From assembly GCA_963794945.1 (NCBI GenBank), contig CAWCFT010000005.1, positions 51,970-115,969 on the forward strand: a DNA stretch of 64,000 bases, in the 5' to 3' direction. The notes below the pieces were generated by a model, which saw nothing but the letters and a program-made list of their open reading frames with translations, made no database searches and was not told the origin of the DNA. The stretch comes from Endomicrobiales bacterium. GTDB lineage: Bacteria; Elusimicrobiota; Endomicrobiia; Endomicrobiales; CAWCFT01. Of the stretch, positions 1-11,353 are shown in pieces (the first letter of the stretch is position 1; every line of letters begins with the position of its first letter). Both the position numbers and the translations under genes were made by a program.

Positions 1-307
<307 letters not shown>

Positions 308-314
308 TTAATTA

Positions 315-403
315 GTGATAAGCGGTAAGTTGTAAGCTATAAATAAATGGCGAACTTCACTGTTTTCGCCTTTTCTTACAACTTATCACTTAAAGCTTAA
401 TGC
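315..403. repeat. Inverted heptamer-array hairpin between metK and ahcY
   Basis: GTGATAA GCGGTAA GTTGTAA GCTATAA (315-342) ... inner GGCGAA/TTCGCC ... TTACAAC TTATCAC TTAAAGC TTAATGC (376-403). Confidence 0.8.
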
Positions 404-411
404 GTAGTTAT

Positions 412-1590
412 TTATACTCTTGCTTCCTTGCGAAGCTGGCTAACCTTGTTAAGTTGTTCCCACGTAAACCCAGGGCCTTTCCTTCCGAAATGGCCGTAAG
501 AAGCTGTTTTGAGATATACCGGCCTTCTTAGTTTTAAATAATCTATTATTCCTTTCGGATTAAGAGGGAATACTTTTCTTACTATCTTACTCAGTTCCTT
601 ATCTGAGATTTTACCCGTAAATGAGGTGTCTATCATAACGGAAACAGGATCGGCCACGCCTATAGCGTAAGCAAGTTGGACCGTGCATTTTTCAGCGAGC
701 CCCGCGCCGACGATATTTTTAGCGATATGCCTTGCCATGTAGCAAGCGCTTCTGTCAACCTTGGTCGGATCCTTGCCTGAGAACGCTCCTCCGCCGTGCG
801 CAGCCATGCCGCCATAGGTGTCAACGATTATTTTTCTTCCTGTTACACCGGTATCAGACTGTGGTCCGCCGACAACAAACTTACCAGTCGGATTGATGAA
901 ATATTTCGTATTCTTGTCAACCCAGCCTTTGAGCACGGGAGCGATTATAGTTTTTATCATCTGTTCTCTTGCGGCATTTGTTATCTTGGAGCCCGTCCTG
1001 TCAAGGATCTCTTCGGTATGCTGAGACGAAACAACAACGGTGTCTACACGCACGGGTTTACCGTCCTTGTATTCAACGGACACCTGAGATTTCCCGTCAG
1101 GTCCGAGATACTTGAGGATATTTTTCTTTCTTACTTCCGTTAAACGCAAAGCTAACTTATGAGCAAGAGATATCGGCAGCGGCATAAGCTCAGGTGTTTC
1201 TTTGCAGGCATAGCCTATCATGAGCCCTTGGTCGCCGGCGCCGCCGGTGTCAACACCCTGAGATATATCAGGCGACTGCGAATGAATGGCGTTAAGGATA
1301 GCGCAAGTCTCAAAGTCAAAACCAAATTTAGGATGATTGTATCCGATGTCATTGATTATTTTTCTAACGATTTTATGAACATCAATGAAGGCTGAGGTGG
1401 TTATTTCTCCACCTACAATTACAAGCCCCATGGTGATAAACGTCTCGCAGGCTACCCTGCCCTTGGGGTCCTGAGCCAATACTGCATCAAGGACCCCATC
1501 CGATATCTGATCGCATACTTTATCAGGATGGCCTTCTGTTACCGATTCCGACGTAAATACAAAGTCTTTACCTTTGTCATAATTGCCCAT
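412..1590 (-). CDS. metK: S-adenosylmethionine synthetase
   Basis: [35 protein letters not shown] motifs. Confidence 0.98.
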   Translation of the reverse strand: MGNYDKGKDFVFTSESVTEGHPDKVCDQISDGVLDAVLAQDPKGRVACETFITMGLVIVGGEITTSAFIDVHKIVRKIINDIGYNHPKFGFDFETCAILNAIHSQSPDISQGVDTGGAGDQGLMIGYACKETPELMPLPISLAHKLALRLTEVRKKNILKYLGPDGKSQVSVEYKDGKPVRVDTVVVSSQHTEEILDRTGSKITNAAREQMIKTIIAPVLKGWVDKNTKYFINPTGKFVVGGPQSDTGVTGRKIIVDTYGGMAAHGGGAFSGKDPTKVDRSACYMARHIAKNIVGAGLAEKCTVQLAYAIGVADPVSVMIDTSFTGKISDKELSKIVRKVFPLNPKGIIDYLKLRRPVYLKTASYGHFGRKGPGFTWEQLNKVSQLRKEARV

Positions 1591-1652
1591 TGTACTTTCT
1601 CCTTTATTTGTCCGTGCTGGAAAGTCATTTCCTAGCGCGACTATTTTATTTC

Positions 1653-2680
1653 CTATTCTATGTTCAACACAGTGCCTTCGTAAACTGAAATGTCTTCAGA
1701 TACTTTTGCACCGTAGCCTATTATGCAGTTATCAAGATTAACGTTCTTTAAGACTTCAACGTTTCCCCACAATATAGAATTCTTTATGTTAGCGCCGCTC
1801 AATATCTTTGAATTGTCGGCTATGGTTGTATATTCTCCTATTACGGCGTTTTGGCCTATAAAACAATACTCTCCTATGACGGACGGCGCTTTAAGTTTGA
1901 TATTTTTTCCCAACACTGTGCCTTTTCCAACCCATATACCCGGCTTGATCTGCTCTCCGGGGATACACATCCTTATCTTTCCATCCAGCGCGTCGCGGAT
2001 TCCCTGCCTGTACTCAGTAAGATTCCCGACATCTGTCCAATATTCGTCCATCAGATATCCGTAGATCCTCTTTTTTTCTGAAGAAGTCTCGGCCACAGCT
2101 GCATGCCGAAATCGTAGAACTGTCCTTCGGGAATGTAATTGAATATTTCCGGTTCAAATATATATATGCCAGTGTTAACTGTGTTAGCGAATACGTCGCT
2201 CCACCTGGGTTTTTCAATGAATTTTAGTATTTTACCAGATTTATCGGTTAAAGTCACGCCGTACTCGAACTTCGTGTCCACTGCTTTAAGCACCATCGTT
2301 CCGAGCGCTTTTTTGGACTTATGGTATTTAATTGCCTTGGTCAGATCTATATCCGTAAGACCATCCCCGGACATAACTATGAACGTTGTATCTAGGTAAT
2401 CCTGCATCTTCTTTACACCGCCGGCAGTGCCAAGAAGTTTCTTTTCATAAGAATATGATATCTTCATGCCAAAAGGCGAGCCATCTTTAAAATAATTTTT
2501 TATCATCCCGGGGTAATGATGCAGGTTCAAAACAACGTTATATATCCCGTGGCGCATAAGATTTTCAAGAGTATAATAAATGACCGGCTTATTGACAACA
2601 GGCACCATTGGTTTCGGTATCGCATACGTTAACGGTCTAAGCCTGGTTCCTGCTCCTGCTGCCATGACAAATGCTTTCAT
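1653..2680 (-). CDS. NDP-sugar pyrophosphorylase (mannose-1-phosphate guanylyltransferase-like) with C-terminal LbH repeats; split by one frameshift
   Basis: [15 protein letters not shown] in ORF 2051..2680; YWTDVG plus hexapeptide repeats in ORF 1653..2096; one extra base in the T7 run at 2071-2077 joins them. Confidence 0.88.
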
Positions 2681-2728
2681 AATACAATCCTATACAATGA
2701 TTTAAGCAATCAAATATGATTACAGATA

Positions 2729-3782
2729 TTACAATTTGGAATACTTACTTATTCGTGTTCCGTTCCCAAGCGTTGTTTTACAACTTACCACAGAATTAGC
2801 TTCAACGACACAGTCTTTGCCTATTATTACTCTATCCATTCTTACACCTTCGCCGATGTGGGTGTTATCCATAATAACTGAATCCGCAATTAAGCATCCT
2901 TTACCGATCTTCACGTTGTTTCCCACGCAGACATTGCCTTGTATTTGTACACTATCGCCGACAGCTACATTGTCTCCGCAAACCAGACGGCCTGTAAGCT
3001 CGATGTCTTTACCCCATTTCAGCTTTGTGCCTACCCAGAGATTGTCTTTAACCATCTTACCCGGCAGCTGAAAATCGATATTACAGAGCATCATATCGAA
3101 ATGCGCCTGAAGATATTTTTCAATGGTCCCGAAATCCATCCAGTAGCCTTTAAATGTGTAACCGTAAATCCCCGCATTATCTCTTAATAGATTCGGAAAA
3201 AGTCCGCGTTCTACCGAATAGTTAATATTAGCTGGGATATAGCTTAGAACATCGGGTTCAAATATGTATATACCGGCATTTATGGTGTTGCATGTCACCT
3301 CGTCCCATGAAGGTTTTTCCAGAAAGCGCTCTATCCTGCCATTTTTATCCGTCTCAACTAAACCGTACACTGTAGGGTCTTTTACCCTAGTAAGGGCAAT
3401 GGTAACCTTAGAGTTTTTATTTTTGTGGAATTTGTACATTTCGCTGATGTTCACGTCCGTCAAAATGTCACCGTTAAATATTAATGTGGGAGAATCGATA
3501 TACTTTTCTGCGTTTTTAACGGCGCCTCCGGTACCAAGCGGGTCTTTCTCATGCACATACTTGATCCTTAAACCATATTTTTTCCCGTCCCCGAAAAGTT
3601 TCTCAAACTCGTGTGACATATATGCGACGCAAAGAATGACATCTTTAATGCCATATTTTTTGAGCAGCCTAAACTGATACTCGAGAAAGGGCCTGTTCAA
3701 TATTGGCAAAAGAGGTTTCGGAGTACTGCAAGTAAGCGGTCTAAGGCGTGCCCATTCCACCGATAAGGATCAATGCTTTCAT
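2729..3782 (-). CDS. NDP-sugar pyrophosphorylase (mannose-1-phosphate guanylyltransferase-like); 5' frameshift
   Basis: ATG at 3782 reads MKALILIGGMGT, then a 2-nt loss before RLRPLTCSTPKP; LGTGG, NGD, YWMDFG motifs and LbH tail. Confidence 0.88.
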
Positions 3783-3795
3783 TTCGTGCTCCGTT

Positions 3796-4722
3796 CTAAT
3801 ATATTGTGTTTCTAAAGTAATCTATCGTGATTTTAAGCCCTTCCTTAAGAGATAAGCTTGGCTTCCAGCCGAGTACTATTTTAGCTTTTTTATTCCCAAG
3901 GAAACTATTAAGAAGTTCTCCGGGACGCGCCGGTTTATAGACCGGCTTTTTCGAGTAACCCGTGATCATTTTCATCTCATTGAATAGAGCATTTACTGAC
4001 GTTGCATTCCCAGTTCCTATGTTAACGATTGTATTATCCGCTTTTTTAAGTGCCTGTACATTAGCCGAAACAACGTCACCTACAAAAACATAATCTCTAC
4101 GTTGTTTTCCGTTCCCGAATATCATCAACTTATCATTCTTTAACATCTTTTCTGAAAATATTGCCACAACTCCTGCCTCGCCATGGGGGTCCTGCCTGGG
4201 GCCATAAACGTTGGCGTACCTGAGCACGGTGTACTTCATTCCATATATCTGTGCATAAAATCTTAGATAGAACTCAACGGCATATTTAGTGATACCATAA
4301 GGCGACAATGGTCTTGCCAAAGCGGTTTCGTCAGGGGCAATAGCGGGGCACTCTCCGTAAATTGTTCCACCCGAGGAGGCAAATACTACTTTTTTTACAC
4401 CGTAATCTTTTGCGCTTTCTAAAACATTAAGTGCACCGATAATGTTTATGTTTGCGTCATATTGCGGATCCTGCACCGACCTCCTGACATCTATCTGCGC
4501 AGCATGATGGCTTACAATGTTTGGCTTTACATTTTTAAAGATAGCTCTAACTTTTTTTCTGTCTGTAATATCCGCAAGAAAGAATTTGGCTTTCTTGTTT
4601 ATGTTCGCCCTTTTTCCTGAAGTCAGGTTATCCAAAATTACAACTTTATGGCCTGAATTCACATATGCATCAACTATATTCGAACCTATAAAACCTGCGC
4701 CACCTGTTACAATAATTTTCAT
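3796..4722 (-). CDS. NAD-dependent epimerase (UDP-glucose 4-epimerase-like)
   Basis: VTGGAGFIGS, YGITK (YxxxK), LRYANVYGPRQDPHGEAGVV. Confidence 0.9.
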   Translation of the reverse strand: MKIIVTGGAGFIGSNIVDAYVNSGHKVVILDNLTSGKRANINKKAKFFLADITDRKKVRAIFKNVKPNIVSHHAAQIDVRRSVQDPQYDANINIIGALNVLESAKDYGVKKVVFASSGGTIYGECPAIAPDETALARPLSPYGITKYAVEFYLRFYAQIYGMKYTVLRYANVYGPRQDPHGEAGVVAIFSEKMLKNDKLMIFGNGKQRRDYVFVGDVVSANVQALKKADNTIVNIGTGNATSVNALFNEMKMITGYSKKPVYKPARPGELLNSFLGNKKAKIVLGWKPSLSLKEGLKITIDYFRNTIY

Positions 4723-4764
4723 ATGCCTACTCCTCTTGATTTTGGTTTAAAACCTTGATGAAAC

Positions 4765-6144
4765 CTAATATGCACCTTTCTTACTGAATATCGCCGGTAA
4801 TGTTCTCATTAGTATTAATAGGTCCAATCCTACAGACCAATTCTCAATATAATATATATCCAGCTCGATCATCTCTTCATAACTCAGTGATGCTCTGCCG
4901 GATATCTGCCAGAGGCCCGTTATGCCTGGTAGTATCCTTAAACGCCTCTTTGCCCAATCATCATATGCTTTTGCTTCCCAAAGCACCTGAGGTCTTGGAC
5001 CAACTATACTCATATCTCCTTTTAAAACATTTATCAGCTGAGGAATCTCATCTATACTAAACCTTCTGAGTATCTTCCCAATTTTTGTAACTCTGGGATC
5101 ATTCGACATTTTGAATACTGGGCCCTTTCGTTCGCTTTTCTCTTTAAATTTTTCAAGCAGATCATCAGCATTAGTCACCATAGTCCTGAATTTATAAAAA
5201 TCAAATATCTTTCCACGGTACCCCATCCGTTTATGGTGATAAAATAGTGGGCCTTTGGAGTCCATTATTATCAAAAGCATTACCAAAAGCAGGAATGGCC
5301 ATATCATCGAGAGTATAACCGTCGAAATGACCAGGTCAAGAGTCCTTTTGAAATAAAAATTGAACCCGCTAAACGACACGGACCTTAAATGAAATATTGG
5401 TATCCCAAATGAAGAGTCTATTATTACTTCCCCTTTACAAAGCTGGACCATATCGGGAACGAATTTGAGCTCAACTGATCTATTTTCACACCAGTCATAA
5501 AAATCCATCAGGTTCTGCTCGCTCCAACTGTGATGGACGAATATTACCTGACTTATATCCTTTTCCTGTATGAGCCCCTTTATCTTGTCAATTTTGTCAG
5601 TATCTGATTCAGGGAAAAAATACACTTGCAGGTTAGGCTGCTTTCTAAGTACGGACTTTAACATCTTATTGCCCTGGCCAATGATCAATACATTTTCCCT
5701 TTTTAGTATACTGCGGAGCAATATTCTCGCTGCCAGCTTAAACACTTCCCTGCAAAACATTATTAGAAATATCAGGAACAACCAGAATAGCAGGAAGGTT
5801 AGCCTGGAATATGACACTTCCCTATAAAAAAAAGTAGTCATTACGATAAAGAAGATACCGATCGTGACGGCTTTCACCACGCGTACGAGCTCATCAAGAA
5901 AAGGGATGAAATAAGTTTTATAGAAACCATTCTGGTAAAAAACGAAAACAAGAAGCGGTATAATATATAGCAGCGCCCCAAGATAGAACTGTTCCGACGG
6001 CACGCCTTTTGTTACAGGGAATATATCTGTAAAGGATGTAAAGAACCGTGTATTATAAGCCAAATATAACGCAATACAAATTGATAATACGTCAAAAAAC
6101 AATAAAAACAATTTTAAAATAACTCTTGATTTTTTAAATTTCAT
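4765..6144 (-). CDS. Priming undecaprenyl-phosphate sugar phosphotransferase (WcaJ/WbaP family)
   Basis: N-terminal TM helices; KRTLD, YKFRTM, DPRVT, SIDEIPQLINVLKGDMSIVGPRP, PGITGLWQ. Confidence 0.93.
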   Translation of the reverse strand: MKFKKSRVILKLFLLFFDVLSICIALYLAYNTRFFTSFTDIFPVTKGVPSEQFYLGALLYIIPLLVFVFYQNGFYKTYFIPFLDELVRVVKAVTIGIFFIVMTTFFYREVSYSRLTFLLFWLFLIFLIMFCREVFKLAARILLRSILKRENVLIIGQGNKMLKSVLRKQPNLQVYFFPESDTDKIDKIKGLIQEKDISQVIFVHHSWSEQNLMDFYDWCENRSVELKFVPDMVQLCKGEVIIDSSFGIPIFHLRSVSFSGFNFYFKRTLDLVISTVILSMIWPFLLLVMLLIIMDSKGPLFYHHKRMGYRGKIFDFYKFRTMVTNADDLLEKFKEKSERKGPVFKMSNDPRVTKIGKILRRFSIDEIPQLINVLKGDMSIVGPRPQVLWEAKAYDDWAKRRLRILPGITGLWQISGRASLSYEEMIELDIYYIENWSVGLDLLILMRTLPAIFSKKGAY

Positions 6145-6240
6145 AGATTAGATTACGGTTTCCGCGCCTTTTATATGTACAGCTTATGTATTAATGCTTC
6201 TTAATATCTAACTCACATTGAGTTAATAATATTACATTTT

Positions 6241-8082
6241 TCATGAAGAAAATGCAACTTCTTTGACGTTTTTTAGGACATCTTCTACCATAACTGCTTC
6301 CATGCACTTGTTATCCTCACACCCATATTCAAAACCGAGATACAAGCACGGACTGCAACTCATGGCAGACCTGACTACCCTGCACTTGTCGCCTCTCGGT
6401 CCCCATTTTGCCGGGTCCGTTGGGCCATGGATGGCGACCACCGGCCTATGCAGCGCGCAAGCCAGATGCATAATCCCGGTGTTGCCGCACACTACCGCTT
6501 TTGCTTTTGATATCACTGCAGCAACTGTTAGAATATCGCACGGAGGAAGCAGCTTGGCGTCAGGACCAATAGCTGAGACTATTTTTATATTGGAACTAAG
6601 CTCGCTTTTTGTACCTGTTACAAGTACTTTAAAACGATAATCACGTGTTAATTTCTTTCCAAGCTCGATATATTTCGCAGCAGGCCAATGCCTCTGCGCC
6701 CCGTGCTTAGGTGTTTCCGGATGCATAACAATAAAAGGTTCATTATCATCCATGTATATCATCTTAAACAGATCTTTTGCCCGCTGGTTTGCTTCTTCTG
6801 TGATGTTAAACTCAAGCCTATTATCGGCGGCTGATATCCCGAGAAGAGTCAGCAATTCAAGAAACGTGTCAACCTCATGCTTAGTTCTGCTATGGACAGC
6901 ATATGAAGAATAATTATAGTGCCTGTACTGGCCCTCTGTCTTGAAACCTATTCTCGCACTTACTCCGCTCAGGACTGCAAGCAGTGGAGATAGCCTCAAC
7001 CACTGATCGAAATCGATCGCGATGTCATAAAGCTTTTTGTCGAAAACTGAAAATAATGATAGCGGATTAGACGCTATTTTTTTTATGTCACACAGAATTA
7101 TTTTGTCAACGTACTGACAGTTCTTGAATATTTCTCTATTTATTGACGTACACAGGACAGTAATTACAGCTTCAGGATATCTTCGTTTTAAGGCCCTTAT
7201 TGAGGGTACGAGCAGTATCGAATCCCCCATTGCGGAAAGCTTAATTACGAGAATTTCATTAAGTCTGGCTGGAATTTCTTTTTGTTTTTTTATGACCAGT
7301 CCGGATAACCAAACAGCCGGCACCCCAATATAGCGGTCAATCAACTTAAACAGATTATTTCCCCTGCCGCTGTTATTTTCGCTACCGAACCTTAACCTCA
7401 GCGCAAGGAACACAGCTTCAAATATTATCCTTTTTGATATCTTTGACACCCCCGCTACCCTGTCAACAAATGTTATAGGCAGCTCTTTAAAAGTGAACCC
7501 TTTATTAAGAGCGATATATTTAAGCTCTAACAGGAATGAATAACCCTCTGATTTTATCTTTGAATTCAAGAATGTTTCAACAAGCGATCTACTTAAACCC
7601 ATAAAACCGCTAGTGCAGTCATTGATTGGCATACCTACTACCGTTCTAGCATAAGCATTCCCGATACGGCTAAGCAATTTTCTATTTAAAGGCCAGCCTT
7701 CCACGCCGCCTCCTTGAATGTATCGAGAACCTATGCTAATGTCGAATTCATCTAGTTGCTTATCAAGTTCTGGTAAGTATTTAGGCTGATGCGAAAAGTT
7801 TGAGTCCATCATAAACACCCTTTCGTAACCTTTTTCTACTGCCCATTTAAAACCCAGCATATATGCTGACCCAAGGCCTAGCTTCCCTTCTCTTGAGATA
7901 AGTGCAACCCTGGTATTATTTCTGTACCTATTTTTTACAGTTATAGCAGTGCCGTCTGGTGAATTGTCATCGATAACCAGAATATCATATTCCGGTTTTA
8001 GCATGAGCAGTTCATCGACCAGCTTTTCAATGTTCTGGTTTTCGTTATATGTGGGAAGGATAACAAGCCTTTTGACACTCAT
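6241..8082 (-). CDS. Fusion of polyprenol-phosphate mannose synthase-like GT2 and GT9 (heptosyltransferase-like) domains
   Basis: N-half ILPTYNE, DDNSPDGT, GKLGLGSAY; C-half KLSAMGD, NTGIMHLA, HGPTDP..WGP, CSPC. Confidence 0.85.
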   Translation of the reverse strand: MSVKRLVILPTYNENQNIEKLVDELLMLKPEYDILVIDDNSPDGTAITVKNRYRNNTRVALISREGKLGLGSAYMLGFKWAVEKGYERVFMMDSNFSHQPKYLPELDKQLDEFDISIGSRYIQGGGVEGWPLNRKLLSRIGNAYARTVVGMPINDCTSGFMGLSRSLVETFLNSKIKSEGYSFLLELKYIALNKGFTFKELPITFVDRVAGVSKISKRIIFEAVFLALRLRFGSENNSGRGNNLFKLIDRYIGVPAVWLSGLVIKKQKEIPARLNEILVIKLSAMGDSILLVPSIRALKRRYPEAVITVLCTSINREIFKNCQYVDKIILCDIKKIASNPLSLFSVFDKKLYDIAIDFDQWLRLSPLLAVLSGVSARIGFKTEGQYRHYNYSSYAVHSRTKHEVDTFLELLTLLGISAADNRLEFNITEEANQRAKDLFKMIYMDDNEPFIVMHPETPKHGAQRHWPAAKYIELGKKLTRDYRFKVLVTGTKSELSSNIKIVSAIGPDAKLLPPCDILTVAAVISKAKAVVCGNTGIMHLACALHRPVVAIHGPTDPAKWGPRGDKCRVVRSAMSCSPCLYLGFEYGCEDNKCMEAVMVEDVLKNVKEVAFSS

Positions 8083-9257
8083 TATTTGATACCGTTAATT
8101 ATAGTACTCATCTCTTCTATCCTGGTTTCCCAAGTAAATTTCTTTGCAGCCGCTATCCTTTCTTCCCGCAATGCTGAGTCATTTTCTTTCAAAGCTTTTT
8201 CTACGTTGTTTTCGAACTCTTCGTTGTCTTTAGAAAAATATGCAAGTCTGCTGAATTCCTCGAGTGCCGCCAGCTTTGTTGATACTACAGGTTTCCCAGA
8301 AGCCAGATATTCAAAAAATTTCATCGGGAACATATTCCTGGTATATTCGTTGATCTTGTTCGGCAGAAGGCATACGTCAAACCCTTTTATATATCCCGGA
8401 AGATCTTCATATCTCTTTCCACCCATAAGATGGATATTTTTTTTAGCAGCAATACCGGATATGTCAGCCGCTTTTTCACCTTCACCTGTTGCCCCTATCA
8501 TGATTATAGACCACTCGGGATGCCGTGACGCCAGATATTCAATCAGATCAAAGTCAAGCTTGTACCCGCTTACCGCGCCGATAAAACCGAGCCTGGGCAT
8601 ATTTATTTTCGATATTTCCGGATTCACCTCAGTTCTGCTATCCGAGGCCTTGCTGAAAAGGTCATAATCTGCGACGTTAGGCATATAATATACAGAACTT
8701 GAAAATCTTTTTTTTTCTACAAATAGCGACATCGCCGTGACAAATGTGATATCAGCTCGCCGTATATATTCCTCCTCCATCTTTTTAACTACTTCACCCG
8801 GGATCCTCGGGTTGGCCGACAGCTCATCCACGCAATGATATACACTCAGCTTCTCGTTCCATACACCTAGAAATTCCACAGCATTAGGCACATAGCTCCA
8901 GATGATAGGGTCACTAAATTTCAGCTTTGCAACAACATATTTTAGCTGTAATGAAAGAAAAATATGGTTAAATATCCTTACAAGAAGGAACTTATGAAAA
9001 GGAAGCACGAGGGGCGAGAATACAAACAGTGTACCGGATACATTTCTTACTCCCCCCAACCATTTACCTATACGTTTGAATATCCGGCTTAAGTCCTTCT
9101 TCTGTAAAGCGGGCTGGCGCAAACCTAGAGATTCAATAAAAAGTACCCTGTTCTGCTTGGAGAACCGCTCCATTAAATGGTGTTGGTTAGTCTTGTACGG
9201 GTTATCCCACTCGGCAAAACCGAAACAAATAATATTATTATTGTAGATCATGTTCAA
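8082..9257 (-). CDS. GT-B glycosyltransferase (TuaH-like, GT4-related)
   Basis: TNQHHLM, YHCVDE, PMKFFEYLASGKPVV. Confidence 0.85.
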   Translation of the reverse strand: MNMIYNNNIICFGFAEWDNPYKTNQHHLMERFSKQNRVLFIESLGLRQPALQKKDLSRIFKRIGKWLGGVRNVSGTLFVFSPLVLPFHKFLLVRIFNHIFLSLQLKYVVAKLKFSDPIIWSYVPNAVEFLGVWNEKLSVYHCVDELSANPRIPGEVVKKMEEEYIRRADITFVTAMSLFVEKKRFSSSVYYMPNVADYDLFSKASDSRTEVNPEISKINMPRLGFIGAVSGYKLDFDLIEYLASRHPEWSIIMIGATGEGEKAADISGIAAKKNIHLMGGKRYEDLPGYIKGFDVCLLPNKINEYTRNMFPMKFFEYLASGKPVVSTKLAALEEFSRLAYFSKDNEEFENNVEKALKENDSALREERIAAAKKFTWETRIEEMSTIINGIK

Positions 9258-9262
9258 TGATA

Positions 9263-10355
9263 TTAGTAATTATTCAAAGCGTCTGCAACAGTTTGAATCT
9301 CATCTGCTGTCAGTTCCGGGAACATAGGCAATGAAAGTATGTGTTCCGCGCAGTTTTCAGATACTATGTACCGGCCTTTCTTTAAATTCAGGTCACTGTA
9401 TGCTTCCTGCAGATGCACAGGCACAGGGTAATGGATAAGCGTTTGTATACCTTTTTCTTTGAGATAATCCGACAGTTCATTTCTTTTCTCTGTTTGTATT
9501 ACATAAAGGTGGTAAACATGCTTGCGGTCAGGTGCTTCTTTGGGCTTCGATATTTTTTTATTCGTGATAAGTTCATCGTACAGCTGCGCGTTCTTCCTGC
9601 GGTCATTGTTCCATTTATCAAGGTATTTCAGCTTAACCCTCAGTACTGCCGCCTGTATCTCGTCCAACCTGGAATTAAACCCTTTTATCTTGTGATAATA
9701 CCTCTTTTCCTGGCCGCCGTTCCTGAGCATCTTTAGTTTTTCAGAACATCGCAGCATCATTTGTTGTGATCATACCTCCGTCTCCATAACAACCAAGGTT
9801 CTTACTGGGGTAAAAGCTGAAAGTGCCAAAATCGCCGATACTTCCGGCTTTCCTGCCCTTAAATTCGGCGCCATGAGCCTGACAGGCATCTTCTATAACC
9901 GTTATTTTATTTTTTTTTGCTAAAGCCATTATCGCGTCCATATCAGCGCATTGCCCGTAAAGATGCACAGGTATTATAGCCTTGGTATTCTTTGTGATAG
10001 CTTTTTCGATGTTCTTTACGTCCATAAGACAGTGTTCGCTATCAACATCGACAAAAACCGGTTTTGCTCCGGAGAATGTTATAGCGGATATAGTAAACAC
10101 CGCAGTATTGGGCACAGTTATTACTTCATCGCCGGGGCCGACACCGGCGGCGACAAGAGCAATATGGATCGCTTCGGTACCAGAACCCACGCTAATAGCG
10201 TGTTTAGTATTAATATAAGAAGCGAACTCTTTTTCAAAACTGTCATCCTGCTTTCCAAGGATAAACCAGCTTTCTTTGAATACGGCAGATATCGCCGCAT
10301 CTATCTCTGTCCTTATGGAATCATATTGCCGCTTGATATCCGAAATAGGTATCAT
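9263..10355 (-). CDS. DegT/DnrJ/EryC1/StrS sugar aminotransferase; split by one frameshift
   Basis: EDACQAHGA and FSFYPSKNLG in 9741..10373; NSRLDEIQAA and LSLPMFP in 9263..9760; removing one base at 9742-9747 joins them. Confidence 0.9.
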
Positions 10356-10366
10356 GTTTAATCCTT

Positions 10367-11353
10367 CTACCAATAATTATTTTTGTGTTTTCTATAATAT
10401 TCGAAAGTCTTTTTTAATCCATCTTCTATGCTTATTTTAGGCGACCATCCGGTCGCACCGCTAAACTTCGAATGATCAGCCACATAATCTCCTATCTCTA
10501 TCTGCTTTGATTCTTTTGGGAATGGCACTGTCTCATAAAGGCCGCCGTTAACTTTTATCATCAATTTAACTATGTCTGTAAGGTTTATTGGAATACCACC
10601 TATATTGTAAACATGCCCATTCGTTTTTTCGTCCGACATGGCCACAAGCATAGCCTCTACAACATCGTCAACATAATTTGTATCCCTTATCTGCTTGCCG
10701 TCACCAAATATTTTAACTTTGGTCCCATCGATGATCTGCCGGACAAACCAATTTATTATGCCCTGCCTATGATGTTTCATCTGATGCCTAGGACCATATG
10801 TGTTAGTCAAACGAAGCGAACAGCTCCTTATCCCATAGACGTTGTTGTAAAGTATGTGATACCACTCGCCCGCCATGTTATTGATACCATTAACATCAGT
10901 TGGGTGCATCAGGTGCTTTTCGTCCACGGGAAGGTAATCAGCTTTGCCGTACTGCCCCCTTGTTCCTGCAAACAATATCTTAACGGAAGGGTTGTATTTC
11001 CTACATGACTCAAGTATTGAAAGCTGGGCAACGCAGTTTATTTCGAGATCCGTAAATGGGTCTTTCATGCTATCCGTATGGCTCAATGTTCCGGCGAGGT
11101 TAAATATGCAGTCTTTGTTCTGCACAAGGTAGTTCATGCTTGAACGGTCGCGAACATCGGAAATATTTACTTTAACCTTATTTTCTATGCCATTAATATT
11201 ATAAAGGTTGCCACCGTATTCAGGGAACAGAGAGTCAATAAGGGTGATCTCGCAACCCATTTCGACAAGCCTATAGGCGAGCGTACTGCCAATAAACCCG
11301 AGCCCGCCCGTAATTAGTACCTTTTTCCCCTCGTAGAACTCCGCATAGTTCAT
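10367..11353 (-). CDS. NAD-dependent epimerase/dehydratase
   Basis: ITGGLGFIGS, LRLTNTYGPR. Confidence 0.88.
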   Translation of the reverse strand: MNYAEFYEGKKVLITGGLGFIGSTLAYRLVEMGCEITLIDSLFPEYGGNLYNINGIENKVKVNISDVRDRSSMNYLVQNKDCIFNLAGTLSHTDSMKDPFTDLEINCVAQLSILESCRKYNPSVKILFAGTRGQYGKADYLPVDEKHLMHPTDVNGINNMAGEWYHILYNNVYGIRSCSLRLTNTYGPRHQMKHHRQGIINWFVRQIIDGTKVKIFGDGKQIRDTNYVDDVVEAMLVAMSDEKTNGHVYNIGGIPINLTDIVKLMIKVNGGLYETVPFPKESKQIEIGDYVADHSKFSGATGWSPKISIEDGLKKTFEYYRKHKNNYW

